Assembly (NCBI RefSeq): GCF_006345805.1
Contig: NC_043015.1
Coordinates: 47,926,001-47,990,000 of the forward strand
From: Octopus sinensis
Taxonomy: Eukaryota
Reading direction: 5' to 3'
Length of the DNA stretch: 64,000 nt
Shown here piece after piece: positions 1 to 12,693 of the stretch. The notes below the pieces were generated by a model. It was not told the origin of the DNA. It did no database searches and was given only the letters and a program-made list of their open reading frames with translations. Made by a program: the position numbers and the translations under genes. Position 1 is the first letter of the stretch; each line of letters begins with the position of its first letter.

Positions 1-143
1 TTAATTCAAAACTTATGAAAACAAGATATTTGTACTCAGAGCCAGAGCCAGTTTCAGCCAGGTTGGTAACGAAAGGGTTAAGGTGTCTTTCATTATTAAC
101 TAAATAAGATATCATTTTCTCAAATATTCAAAAGTTTTGTTAA

Positions 144-371
144 CCCTTCAGTATTCAGATTACTCTGTCAAATGTAATACTCATGTATTAACATTGCCTT
201 TTTTTTTTAATTAATCATGCATTATCTTTTAGCTTCAAGATTTTTGACGATGTAATTGCATACTTTTAGAATGACATTGTAAAGTAGGTATGAAAGGCTT
301 GATCTGACCAGTTTGAACATGAAGCATGTAGAATATTTGGGCTGGATATGGTCAGCTTAAACACAAAAGGG
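144..371. mobile_element. piggyBac-type MITE (related copies at 20648-20868 and a fragment near 9600-9720)
   Basis: TTAA-CCCTT...AAGGG-TTAA termini. Confidence 0.7.
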
Positions 372-609
372 TTAAAGTCTTAATTTCATACAGTTATAGA
401 CTAATTGAGGACATCATTTCAGTGATATTATCTTTGTAAAATCTCAAATAAAACAATGAGGACAAGAACCCAATAGTTTGACCTGATAATGGAATTGAGA
501 ATAAAATGGTCAAATCTAAAAAAGAGAAACTTGCTAATTTTTAAGAGAATAGAAAATGGTAATTGAAAAATTCATTGTAACAAGGTCAATTTTTCTTCAT
601 TTATTGCAG

Positions 610-769
610 TTAAAGAATCAGTTCTCTTCGACTTATAAAATGCAGCCAAATAACACGTCTGATATATTTGATAATTCAAAGTGTTTGAAAGAAAGTCAAT
701 CAGTGGAAGAGTTACTGTCACCTGAAAAAAAATCATCAGAAAAATCTCTTGAAGATAATAATTTAAAGC
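610..769 (+). CDS. KAZN: Kazrin-like gene, internal coding exon (first in window), LKNQFSSTYK...EDNNLK
   Basis: ttattgcag acceptor and c|gtaagt donor; open frame; ends in phase 1, matching the next exon. Low-complexity sequence, assigned by position and phase only. Confidence 0.6.
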
Positions 770-826
770 GTAAGTATTTTTATACATACATACACATATG
801 CATGCTGATATAAACATGTATGCATA

Positions 827-829
<3 letters not shown>

Positions 830-909
<80 letters not shown>
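830..909. repeat. (CT)n microsatellite
   Basis: Direct observation. Confidence 0.95.
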
Positions 910-910
<1 letters not shown>

Positions 911-2062
911 AAGTAAGACAACAAAATATGCAAGATTCTTTTAAAGTTTAGAGTGGTATGACTAGAATGAAATCAAGAATATTCACTAAATTTGATTTGC
1001 TATAGAATTTAATGGCAGAATTAACCAATTTCCAAATTGCTGTTTTAAATTGTTTTAATACAAAAGAATTTCTATATTTATTTAGTGTATAATACAGACT
1101 TCTTTCCCAGATTTTAAAGCCTGAACATTAATGGAGAGTATTATACTTAAGATCTAAAATGTTAATCTATGTTTACCTGGCGCCAAGTGTGTGGCCATTT
1201 TAAAGATGGCATTGCAAGAAATAAGTTATATCAATTGTTCGAGTTAACTGATATGTAATCAAGAGTTTAAATCATTATAATAATGTTACATTTTTCAGTA
1301 ATATTCTTGCAAATATCAAATCAATATTGGTAAGCATGAGTGCTTCAGATTAGATTAATATCATTCATTTCCAATAGTCTTCAAAAATACTCCTGGCTAT
1401 GGGAAAATATTACCTTGCTTGAAAGTAGGTGAGAGTTGACAATAGGTAGTGTCTCTGATTGTAGACAAGCTGCCTTAATCACACTATATTTCAATTTATT
1501 AAGATTCTGATTAAATTTTTCTAGCATGAAATTAAAAAAGAAAATGCCAATTCCTGAATATTTAAGTGTCTAAAATGTCTAAAACTTCAAATTTGCTTTT
1601 TGTTGCATTTAGAATTTGGGAACTTTTTCAATGTGTTTATACAGCAATTACAATAAATCTGACTAATCATTTTGCCTTCCATACAACATAATACATAAGA
1701 AAAGTCAGTACTTATTTTACAGGGGAGATATTTATCCAGAATTCCATTTCCCATTATGAGAGGCATTACTATATAATAATATATGAATAAATATGATAAA
1801 TTTTTTGTGCAGATGGCAATCTAGATAGACATTTAGCTAAAAATTTTGTCAATGCGCAAATACTTTTAAATTATTGATAATATGTGCATAGGTTTTTATC
1901 ACCTCCACAAAACATGCCAACCCTTTCTAAAACTTGAAATGATCATTGAAAATTGAATAATCATTTTTAAATAACTTTGATGTCATTAACTTTTTCAAAG
2001 CCAATAATAGATAGATAGACAGATAGATAGATAGATAGATTGATTAATTGATTGGTTGTATA

Positions 2063-2108
<46 letters not shown>

Positions 2109-3270
2109 TACACACATATATGTATGTATGTATGTATGTATATATAAATTCGTAACAGATATTCAATTGCTGTGGCAAATGAAGCTGAACTAGAAGGTAA
2201 AACAGATCTAATTTCAATAATAAATAAACATTTTAAAACATTAAAATAATCATTTCTTTTGATTAGGTGGAAGCCTTATTATTGGAAAAGTGAGGTTTCA
2301 AAGTAGATACATTAAAATATGGAGTGTAGCATTTTACTGACCTGGAAAGCTGCACTACCCTACCAGACATTATATGGTGTATTTATAAAAATAGCATCTT
2401 CATACAGTCACCACTTGGACCAGTTAGATAAAGAACAGCTTCTTTTCTTTTGATATCTAATCAAATTTTAATTGAAATTAGAAGTTTATATGGTTGGCCA
2501 TGTCACATGATTTTTTATTATTAAATAATAAAAAGGTTGCAAGACGCAACGAAAATTTTAGAAAATAAAAATAAGAAATAAGTGGAAATTTTACTGGTGA
2601 GTGTGTTAAATAATAAGGCACTAAAAGAGAATGACTCTCCCCAAACACAACAGTATATGCTTCAACACACAAACTCATATAAAGAATCTTGCAAACCAAA
2701 TCCAAGAACGAAATATAATAATGAATGATTTTTTGAAAAAGGTTCTGCTTTATAGAACAGTTTAAACATGATATTTATTAATCTTGTCATTGTTGGAGGC
2801 ATTTTGTCTTTACCTAATCAAGGTGATAGCTTTGTCCATTTTCTATATTACTTTGAGATAAATCCCAAAGTAAAGAAGAACAAAAAGTGAGTTTATCTCA
2901 AAACCAACAAATTAACAAATCACTACTATCCAGAAGTCTATGGATTTCTTTTGCACTGAATTAACAATATTTGCTTTAGGATAACATTTCAAATAGTCTC
3001 TGAAGCTTTGAACATCTTTTGTCATTTTGTCAAACAAAGTTATTTACTCTTGCTGGAACAATGTAGAGAACAACCATTGTCTCTCTCTACTCTACAACAT
3101 AATATTTCTCAGCCATCCTGCATTTAGTAGGTCACATCAGATGTGTTAGTATACTTTCATTTAACTCTTCTACTTTCTACTTACCTATTGGTATACAGCT
3201 TTTAGTTTTCGTTCACCTCATTCTTGTAAATAATTTTCCTTGTTTCTTCCGACTTCTATTTCCCTTCCAG

Positions 3271-3465
3271 TCTCAAATAATAGTTCGTTATTGATAATGG
3301 AAAACACTACTACGCCCTTACAAGCTATGCTCAGTTCTAGCCAAGAAAATTTTGAAAACCAGCTGAAAAACAAAAGGAAAAAACCCCTGGGATCATTATC
3401 AAAGATATTTTCTAAAACCCGTAGCAGACACTCTATTGCTGTGGCAAGTGAAGCCGAACTAGAAG
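3271..3465 (+). CDS. KAZN: Kazrin-like exon (LKNKRKKPLGSLSKIFSKTRSRHSIAV)
   Basis: ttcccttccag acceptor, gaag|gtaaa donor, phase 1-1. The basic KRKK..GSLSKIF stretch resembles kazrin's KKK..GSISRVF motif upstream of the SAM domains. Confidence 0.8.
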
Positions 3466-3494
3466 GTAAACAACATTCAAATTTCCATTTTTTT

Positions 3495-3891
3495 TACTCT
3501 TTTATTTGTTTCAGTCATTTGACTGTGGCCATGCTGGAGCACTGCCTTTAGTCAAGCAAATTGACCCCAGGACTTATTCTTTGCAAGCCTAGTACTTATT
3601 CTATCGGTTCCTTTTTCCGAACCGCTAAATTACGGGGACGTAAACACACCAGCATCGGTTGTCAAGCGATGTTGGGGTGACAAACACAGGTACACAAATA
3701 CACACACACATATATATATACATATATACGACGGGCTTCTTTCAGTTTCCGTCTACCAAATCCACTCACAAGGCTTTGGTCGGCCCTAGGCTATAGTAGA
3801 AGACACTTGCCCAAGGTGCCACGCAGCGGGACTGAACCCGGAACCATGTGGTTCGTAAGCAAGCTACTTACCACACAGCCACTCCTACGCC
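3495..3891 (-). mobile_element. tRNA-derived SINE family A (other copies about 14485-14962-, 34067-34478-, 39274-39667-, 41911-42314-, 59079-59480-, 62655-63087-)
   Basis: Head with A box TGGCTGTGTGG and B box GGTTCAGTCC, internal (TA)/(TG) microsatellite, (GTAAAAGA)n tail; many near-identical copies. Confidence 0.85.
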
Positions 3892-4643
3892 TAAATTAAT
3901 AATCATTATGAACTGATTAAAATAACCATTTTTTTTATTATTATAAAGCGAACACCTCATGGTAGGAAAAGCGAGACTTCAAACTAGCTCCAATAAAATA
4001 TACAGTGTAATATCTTACCGACCTGGCATCTGCACCTCTCTAATTATTAATTATTAATTCAATATATTTTGAATTAATTATTATTTATATAATTATTAAT
4101 TTAATGTATTTTGTCACTAACTTTTTAAAAAATATATAAATGGAAGACAATTTTTTTAATGGTTCAAAAGTAGTTATGTCTATGTAAACTAAATTACAGG
4201 GTTACATTAATTAAATTTTTTTTATATAATTATCTTTATCTTTCTAAATGCTTGTAATCATCTTATGAAGAAATAAATATAGAATTTTGATTAAGGTTTT
4301 TTTATTGTTTTTTTTTTCCTAGATAACTTTCAAATATGGTTCAACAGTTTTTGTATTAGTGTATTTTCTTTGATATCTAAGACTTCGCTTTAAGAACCCA
4401 TTCATAATAAGTAAGGTACACAAATAAGTGTGGGTGACCTTGCTTATTTTGGATAAAACTTTCAGAGTCACTTCACTAATATTCTAATATTACATACAGT
4501 AAAGGTATGCCTACCCCTGTATCCCATTCATTTCCTTCCCTAAAATATATAGCTTTTTTGCCCAGCCAGAAAGAAACCAATTCTTCTTCTTCTTCTTCTC
4601 TTCTTCTTCTTCTTCTTCTACTGTCCATTTTCCATTTTTGCAT

Positions 4644-4870
4644 GGCGAGCTGGCAGAATGATTAGCATGCCGGGCAAAATGCTTAGCGGTAATTCGTCTG
4701 CCGTTACGTTCTGAGTTCAAATTCCGCCAAGGTCGACTTTGCCTTTCATCCTTTCGGGGTCGATAAATTAAGTACCTGTTACGCACTGGGGTTGATGTAA
4801 TTGACTTAATCCGTTTGTCTGTCCTTGTTTGTCCTCTCTATGTTTAGCCCCTTGTGGGCAATAAAGAAAA
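4644..4870 (+). mobile_element. SINE family B (GGCGAGCTGGCAGAA...GAGTTCAAATTCC...AATAAAGAAA); more than 15 copies in the window
   Basis: Pol III A/B-like boxes, conserved core GCCTTTCATCCTTTCGGGGTCGATAAATTAAGTACC; the copy at 11889-12118 has a 22-bp TSD ctatctatatatgatatttacc. Confidence 0.85.
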
Positions 4871-5812
4871 AGGTACTGAGAATGCATGAGACAAAGGAAG
4901 TAGTTCCAGAGAGGGTAAGCAGTAGTAGGTGGGGTAGGGAGTGAAATACATGCAGTTCCACTCTCATAGTTACGTCAGCTGAATGAGTAGTGCTATAGTC
5001 GGATGAGTTGTGAGAAGGGTGGGTGCTAGTGGGATGGGTTGCAAGGGTGAGGAAATCACCAGGGACAGATTAGATGCAGGGCTGTAGACATCATCATCAT
5101 CATCATCGTTTAACGTCCGTTTTCCATGCTAGCATGGGTTGGATGGTTCAACTGGGGTCTGGGGAGCCCGAAGGCTGCACCAGGCCAGTCAGATCTGGCA
5201 GTGTTTCTACAGCTGGATGCCCTTCCTAATGCTAACCACTCCGAGAGTGTAGTGGGTGATTTTATGTGCCACCGACACAGGTGCCAGACGAGGCTGGCGA
5301 ATGGCCACGCTTGGATGGTGTTTTTTATGTGCCACCGACACAGGTGCCAGACGAGGCTGGCAGACGGCCATGCTTGGATGGTGTTTTTTATGTGCAACCG
5401 ACACAGGTGCCAGACGAGGCTGATGAATGGCCATCTATTTATAGACATCTATTTATATTCCTAATTATTTAGCATATGAATTAATGATCGATGCCAGTAC
5501 CACCTGACTGGCCATTGTGCCAGTAGCACGTAAAAAGCACTCCATACACTCTCAGAGTGGTTGGCATCAGGAAGGGCATCCAGCTGTAGAAACTTTGCCA
5601 GATCAGGTTGGAGCCTGGTGCAGCATTCTGGTTTGCCAGCCCTCAGTCTGGAAATTTGGAAAACGCTGTTCTAGAGTAATGTTGCTCAACAGGGAGCATA
5701 GTTCGGAGATCAGGAAGTCTCTCCAGGTCAAGCCACTATTTCTCCCCGTTGTGTGGTCACAGCCCCAGTACTTTTCATTAAAGTTTTGCAGTAGCATAAA
5801 TAAACAATATCT

Positions 5813-6359
5813 CCGAATTGAACCAGCCAGGATCCCTGGTCTGGTGGTACGTAAAAAGCACTATCCAACTCGTGGCCGATGCCAGTGCCGCCTCCACTGG
5901 CTTCCGTGCTGGTGGCACGTAAAATACACCAATCCGACCGTATGACAGGCACCCATGCCAACCCCCTTTGCTTGCGAAGACATGTTGGGGCAAGCGAAAT
6001 CGAAATCGAATTGAACCAGCCAGGATCCCTGGTCTGGTGGTACGTAAAAAGCACTATCCGACTCGTGGCCGATGCCAGCGCCGCCTCGACTGGCTTCCGT
6101 GCTGGTGGCACATAAAATACACCAATCCGACCATGGCCGTTGCCAGCTTCGCCTGGCACCTGTGCAGGTGGTACGTAAAAAGCACCCACTACACTCACGG
6201 AGTGGTTGGCATTAGGAAGGGCATCCAGCTGTAGAAACATTGCCAGATAAGACTGGAGCCTGGTGCAGCCTTCTGGCTTCCCAGATCCCCGGTCAAACCG
6301 TCCAACCCATGCTAGCATGGAGAATGGACGTTAAACGATGATGATGATGATGATGATGA
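5813..6359 (+). mobile_element. SINE-like family C with internal tandem units and (GAT)n tail (others about 5090-5430-, 7217-7470-, 14066-14248-, 31896-32356+, 34740-35165-, 49700-50111+, 63424-63860-)
   Basis: Shared 3' region GGTTGGCGTTAGGAAGGGCATCCAGC...GGACGTTAAACGATGATGAT. Confidence 0.8.
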
Positions 6360-7469
6360 TAGGATAAATTTTAAACATATCACAAAAATGTTGAACAAAT
6401 TTTATTTCTAATTAAAATTATATTTTCCACTTCTTCAATTATGCCAAAATTTAAAAAAAAATTAAAATTAAATATTTGTAATATGTTACAAATGTAATAA
6501 AAAAAAATAAAGAATATATATTTACAGTTAAACTAAGTAAACCAAGACTTTAATTAGTATATGAGAGAGGTTACGAATATAAGCAACTGATAAAATTTGA
6601 AATCTCACTGCTATCTTGATACCCAGGTGTAATTACCACTAATTATATGTTTCCTCAACAAACTATATTTAAATATGATTTGCTTAAATATATGTATGGA
6701 TTTGTCATTCAGAGCTTTTTAACTATGAAATTTAATTATAAAAAAATTTTTATAAAAAAATCATTATAGTTTTGGATTTTCTGTAATAATTATTCCAAAT
6801 GAGAACTGTTGTTATTACAGATGAAAAATTGAATATGCTGTTTAATGTAAGCTTTCAAAAAATAATTTTGTGTTTTGTTGAATTTAACTGTATTTAGTCG
6901 TAAAAATTATGCAATAGCTTTCATTTAGAACCTTTTATAAAATTGTTCCAAAAATCCCATTAGTACATCAGTAGATAAAAAAATTAGAGTTGATTAATGA
7001 AACCAGTCTAAATTCACAATTATTTTATAATTTACTTGAAACACATAAGGAGTGCATTTCGATTAGAAATATGATAAGGAAAGGGTTATTAATTTTTAGA
7101 AAAACTGTAAAGTTGGCAGGAAATGAAGTATTAACTCTTTGGCACATACCTATAACATCAATGTTATTTTCAGTGGTTTTCTTCCTGTATTGGGGTGTGT
7201 AAGTTTCTGATATATATCATCATCATCATCGTTGTTTAATGTCCACTTTCCATGCTGGCATGGGTTGGACGGTTTCACTGAGGGCTGGCAAGCCAGAAGG
7301 CTGCACCAGGCTCCAATCTGATCTGGCAAGGTTTCTACAACTGGATGCCCTTCCTGATGCCACCCACTCTGAGAGTGTAGGGAGTACTTTTTACGTGCTA
7401 TTGGCATGGGAGCCAGTCAGGCAGCACTGGCAATGACCATGCTTGAATGGTGCTTTTTACGTGCCATTC

Positions 7470-8135
7470 TGAATGTTGGGTAATGATTGAAAGAATATAA
7501 TCATGAATGCAGGAACCAAAATGGATTTCCTTCGAAGGATCTCTAGAGCAACATTTTTCAAACTGTGGGTCCCAACTTTTCAGTGGGTCCCAAAATAAAT
7601 AAAATGGGTCGCAACAAAAAGAAAAAAAGGAAAAAAAGCACTTGGGTGCAAAGTGCAGAATATAAACTAGTGTTTTTTAAACTGTGGGTCCCGACCCTTA
7701 AGTGGGTTGTGAGATAAATAAGATGGGCCATGACAAAAAATTTGGAAAACGCTGCTCTAGAGTAATGTTGCTCAACAGGGTGCATAGCTCGGAGATCAGG
7801 AAGTCTCTCCAGGTCAAGCCACTATCTCTCCCCGTTGTGTGGTCACAGCCCCAGTACTTTGGACATGTGATTACATTGTAATCACTGCTAGATGGATTGT
7901 TCAAGCCAAACCAACAAACAGTAAACGTTCAAGAAGACCATGAATGAGATGGCTAGGTTAATATCCATTGTCTCAATTTGTCATGCTTGAGAATCTAGCG
8001 AAAAAGTCTAATAATAATTGCTTCTGATGTGAGCCTATGGAGGAGGTTCCTTGAGAATACTACCCCCATGACTCTCTCAAGAAAACTGAGCAGAGCGGAC
8101 GGACAGATGGATCGACAGACAGACGGACGAATGAA
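7470..8135 (+). mobile_element. RTE-clade (Rex3/Expander-like) LINE 3' fragment, interrupted by a hAT MITE
   Basis: Degenerate ECWVM.ERI...MDFLRRISRVMLLNRVHSSEIRKSLQVKPL...QYFGHV reading; (GACG/GATG)n tail. Confidence 0.7.
7549..7754. mobile_element. hAT-type MITE
   Basis: 8-bp TSD CTCTAGAG (7541-7548 and 7755-7762); imperfect TIR CAACATTTTTCAAA / TTTGGAAAACGCTG. Confidence 0.8.
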
Positions 8136-8286
8136 CAGTTGGCTTTTTGGCTGGTTTAGTTCCTGGTATTTCATCTGAATTTTTGAAATAAAGTCTCAAA
8201 TATTCAAATGAAAGACCAAATAATTTTGCAAGCAGTAATCCTGTTTCTATTTTTATTACATTTTATTTTAATTTATTTTATTTTAG

Positions 8287-8480
8287 ATTCCAGTGTATTG
8301 AATTCTCACATTAGTTTACTGAATACGGAAAACCTACAAGAAAAGTTAAACATAGCAGAAAAACTGAAAGAGACTCACATATCCCAATGGAAAGCTAATC
8401 AAGTTTTAACGTGGCTAGAAGTGGTTCTGAATATGCCAATGTATGGCAAAATGTGCTCTCATAATATCAAAAGTGGAAAG
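8287..8480 (+). CDS. KAZN: Kazrin-like exon, SAM1 N-half (WKANQVLTWLEVVLNMPMYGKMCSHNIKSGK)
   Basis: ttttag acceptor, aag|gtgagt donor, phase 1-0; matches the kazrin SAM1 signature WLEVVM.MPMY...C..NVKSGK. Confidence 0.92.
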
Positions 8481-9297
8481 GTGAGTATTTTATTTCAGGT
8501 TGTAGCTGTTTATTTTTATTTTAATATACTTGTGTGCTTAAGACATTTGCTTTGGAAACAGGCACCTTGGAGTCCCATTGGTCCCATTGTGTGGATGCTG
8601 TTGGCTGTTGTCTTATCCTGTAGCTAATGTGTTGACCAATACTTTGTGATATTGGTCATCAAACACTGAAGGATCCTATCATATCTCTACATACACAGAT
8701 GTATGTGTGTGTGTGTATGCATGATACCTTATTCCAGCCCTTGTGCCTAGAGTAGAAGAGACTATAGACACGGGCATGGCTTTGTGGCTAAGAAGCCTGC
8801 TTTGCAACCTCATGGTTTTACTTTCAGTCACACTATTTGGTACCTTGGGCAAGTGTCTTCTACTGTAGTCCAGGCTGACTAATGCTATGTATGTGAATTT
8901 GATGAGTGGAAATTATTCAGAAACCCTGTGTGTGTGTGTGTGTGTGTGTGTGTCTCCACTCCCATATATTTGATATTTGTTTGCATTCCCATAACTTAAC
9001 AGTTTGGCAAAAGGGACCAATAAAATATGTACTGTACTTAAAAAGGGAAAAAAATAGGTACTGGGAACAATTCTTTTCAACTAAACCCTTTAAGGTGGTG
9101 CCATAGCCTGCCCACAGGCCAATGAATGTAACAAATAAAAGAATAAAAAGATAAAAAGATAGAAAATATCTATTTTGAAGAATTAACTTGTCCTTATTTT
9201 AATAAGTGTTCAAGAGAAAAATTATCTGCATTTTATTTCCAGAATCTTTAATATTCTCCTCTAAAATCTCCCAACAAAATTCCTCTAATTATAACAG

Positions 9298-9410
9298 GTC
9301 TTACTTGGTCTTAACGACTCAGAACTTGCCTCAGCTCTTTCTATCACCAGTGCTATGCACAGAAGGAAACTACGGATGGCTATTGAAGCACAACGGACCC
9401 CATCTGAAGT
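9298..9410 (+). CDS. KAZN: Kazrin-like exon, SAM1 C-half (VLLGLNDSELASALSITSAMHRRKLRMAIE)
   Basis: aacag acceptor, gt|gtaag donor, phase 0-2; HRRKLR.AIE is the liprin/kazrin SAM1 motif. The ORF track shows a different frame here. Confidence 0.92.
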
Positions 9411-10425
9411 GTAAGATTTATATTTATTTCAAACGCATTTTGTCTGTATATATTACATTTCCATTTAATGTATTTTAAAAATAAGGAATTATTTAAATCA
9501 TTTTATAAACAGCCTTTTTTTTTTTTTGTATTTCTGTTTCCATTACCTTAAAACTATATAGAAGAATGTGAAACAAATGTTGAAATAACTCAAGAGTCTT
9601 TGACTCTTTAGTATTTAAAATGGCCATACCTGGCCAAAATATCATACCTATTTTATGTTCAAACCAACCAGATTTGGCCTCTTACACCTACCCTACAATG
9701 TCATTCTAAAAATATACAACCCTGGTAAGTAGCTTGCTTACGAACCACATGGTTCCAGGTTCAGTACCACTGTGTGACACCTTGGGCAAGTATCTTCTGA
9801 AATAGCCTCGGGCTGACCAAAGCCTTGTGAGTGGATTTGGTAGACGGAAACTAAAAGAAGCCCATAGTATATATTAAATTCAGCTTACATTGAAAGTCAA
9901 CAAAATTTGCCTTAGAAGCATTGAGATGTATTGAAGGATACAGATATGTATTTATCTATGTGTGTATGTCTTTGTGTTGGTGTGTTTACATCCTCATAAC
10001 TTAGCGGGTCAGCAAAAGAGACTAATAGAATAAATACCAGGCTTTAAAAGAAAATAAATACTGGAATTGATTCATTCAACTAAAATTCCTGACGGCAGTG
10101 CTCCAGCATGGCCGCAATCTAATGACTGAAACAAATAAAAGATAAAGATTAAAAAAATCATTTATGTGAATTCTATTTATGAAAGTGTTCTTCCATACAC
10201 AGCTACAGCCAAACACTAGAATCCTTCTTTCCAAATTTTATGTAAGCCACTATCATCCACCCTCATTCTGCTCTGGTAAAACTTCTTCATGCAATGAATG
10301 CACAACCTCGTATTTCTTGAGAGGAAAAGAAATACTGAAATTATAAAACCCCATAAAAATTTTCCAAAAGAAGATAAAAAAAAATCTGCTTTGAAAATTT
10401 GTATAGATTTTTTATAGAAACTACA

Positions 10426-10709
10426 GAGATGTACTTGCATAGCAAGTGATTTGATCTGAGATTGTGTGCTGGAACGAAAACAATTGCAGCGTGGAAGGTG
10501 TTTGTAAGCCATTTAAGAAACACACAAAAACCATTCGATTCACTTCAACATTTAAGTTTAATTTGTCAAAATATTTTCGTCGCTATAAGACCGCGACCTG
10601 TTCACTGACAAAAATTCGTGCTGCATGAATGAAATGTTGAAGTGAATCGAATGGCTTTTGTGTGTTTCTTAAATGGCTTACAAACACCTACCATGCTGCA
10701 ATTGTTTTA
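10426..10709. mobile_element. Asymmetric fold-back element (Penelope pLTR-like), copy 1
   Basis: About 78-bp inverted arms (10477-10553 / 10633-10709); same unit as 56243-56583. Confidence 0.65.
10562..10612 (-). ncRNA. Hammerhead-like motif with a G3:C8 covariant core
   Basis: UUUGUCA-GUGAACA-G-GUCGC(9 nt)GCGAC-GAAA-AUAU-UU-UGACAAA. Confidence 0.55.
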
Positions 10710-10827
10710 TAGAAACTTTTATTATAAAATATTTTCTTGTTTTGCTTCATTTAAAAACATGTAAAACTGTCTTATTAATTCTGCTTTAATTAATGGTAAT
10801 TATTTCCCAAAATCTTTATTTTCCCAG

Positions 10828-11062
10828 GAAATATCTCAAAGCTGTTGAAATCGACCATAATTGGGTCTCTGAAAAATGGATTCCTGACCTCGGTTTGTCT
10901 CAGTATAAAGCAACATTTGAATTACAACTAGTTGATGGCCGCATGTTAAATAATTTGACCAAAAAAGACTTAGAGAAGTATTTTGCAATTCATCGCAAAT
11001 TTCATCATGCCAGTATACTTCATGGAATCGAACTTCTGAGGTCTTTAGATTTTGACAAAGAA
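10828..11062 (+). CDS. KAZN: Kazrin-like exon, SAM2 (IDHNWVSEKWIPDLGLSQY...VDGRMLNNLTKKDLEK...FHHASILHGIELL)
   Basis: ttcccag acceptor, gaa|gtaagt donor, phase 2-0; strong kazrin SAM2 match. Confidence 0.95.
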
Positions 11063-11658
11063 GTAAGTATCTCTGTTCTTTCTCACCATCATCTTCATCA
11101 TCATCATCTTCATTATCATCATCATTGTCATTATCATCATCATTTGATACCAGTATTCTATGCTGGCATTAGTTCGATGGTTTGACAGAATCTGAAGGGC
11201 CTGAGAATCGCATTGTGTACCAGCGTCTACTTTGGCAGTGTTTCTATGACTAGATACCTTTCCTAATGCCAAGTTGACAGTTGTTGATGGCTGGAAGATT
11301 TTGGGGAGTGATTGAAGCAGCAGATGAATTTAGTGCAATAAGGAATAGAAACTTTGAGCTAGAATAACTGGAAGTCTTTCTTACTAATATCCAGATAAGA
11401 GAAACTGAGTACTAGTAATTGGAAAGTGCTATGGTTAGTTCACATTACTCCATAAAAAGCAAAGGGCCGGTCTCCTGGTTTCACTGACACATACATTCCT
11501 TCCTGGATGGGATGACGGTCCATCGTGGAATTACTCCTTTTTGCCAGCTGAGTAGACAGGAGCAATGTGAAATGAAGTATTTTGCTCAAAAACACAAATA
11601 TTGCTCAATCAGGGAAATGAAACCACAATCTTACTATCATGAATCCAACACTCTAACC

Positions 11659-12267
11659 CAGCGTTTCTCAACCGAGGTTCTCCGGAACCCTAAGATTCTG
11701 CAAAAGGTTTCTAGGGGTTCTGCAAGAAAGAGTGAGACATGCTAATTTCATGATCGTAATATTACTATACATGCACACCATATTAATTATCTAACCTATT
11801 ATGTTATCAAAAAAATATTACAACCATTAGGGATATATTTAGGGACATCTGTAATTTATGGACACCCTATCTATATATGATATTTACCTATTTCTTTATT
11901 ACCCACAAGGGGCTAAACATAGAAGGGACAAACAAGGACAGACATAGGTATTAAGTCGATTACATTGACTCCAGTGCGTAACTGGTACTTAATTGATCGA
12001 CCCCGAAAGGATGAAAGGCAAAGTCGACCTCGGCAGAATTTGAACTCACAACATAATGGCAGCCAAAATACCGCTAAGCATTTCGCCCGATGTGCTAACG
12101 CTTCTGCCAGCTCGCCGCCTATCTATATATGATATTTACCATGTGAACAATGAAGAAAAAAATATGAGAAAGATATAGTATATAATTTTTTCGTGCAGGG
12201 GTTCCTTGAGACATGTAATTTATTTTAAGGGTAAAATATGCAAGAGTAAAAAGGTTGAAGAACACTG
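11659..12267. mobile_element. hAT-type MITE nested in a SINE D remnant and containing a SINE B
   Basis: TIR CAGCGTTTCTCAACC / GGTTGAAGAACACTG; degenerate 8-bp TSD ctctaacc / ttcaaacc. Confidence 0.7.
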
Positions 12268-12591
12268 TTCAAACCACTAAGCCATGTGCCTCCAGAGAGT
12301 GGGTACTACATAATACTATTTCAAAGAAATTAAAATATAAATTGTAGCTGAGTGACTAGATGGGTTCAAGGTTACAAGACAAGAGTTTGTTGGTTTTTTT
12401 TTCCCTTTAGAAATTAATAGAATGTGTGCTCAATGTGTTTTAGGGATTGGTGATATTATCAGAGTTTGACCAAATGTTTATGGAGACTGGAAGAGAAGAT
12501 AGAAATTGTCCTGTGGACTATTTCTTGTTCTGAAAAACTATCTCAAATTATTGTAAAATTTAAATTATTTTCTCTGTTGATATTTTTGTAG

Positions 12592-12693
12592 GCTTTACAA
12601 GAAAGGCAGATCAAGTGTGAAGAAGAAAACACAGATCCCCTTGTGTGGACAAATGATCGAGTTATCAAATGGATAAAGTCAATTGACTTGAGT
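12592..12693 (+). CDS. KAZN: Kazrin-like exon, SAM2-SAM3 linker (ALQERQIKCEEENTDPLVWTNDRVIKWIKSIDLS)
   Basis: ttgtag acceptor, agt|gtaagt donor, phase 0-0; DP.VWTN.RV..W motif. Confidence 0.93.

Noticed and set aside
11063-11185. Poly-His extension of the SAM2 ORF
   Set aside because: Intronic (CAT)n tail of a SINE remnant after a consensus donor.
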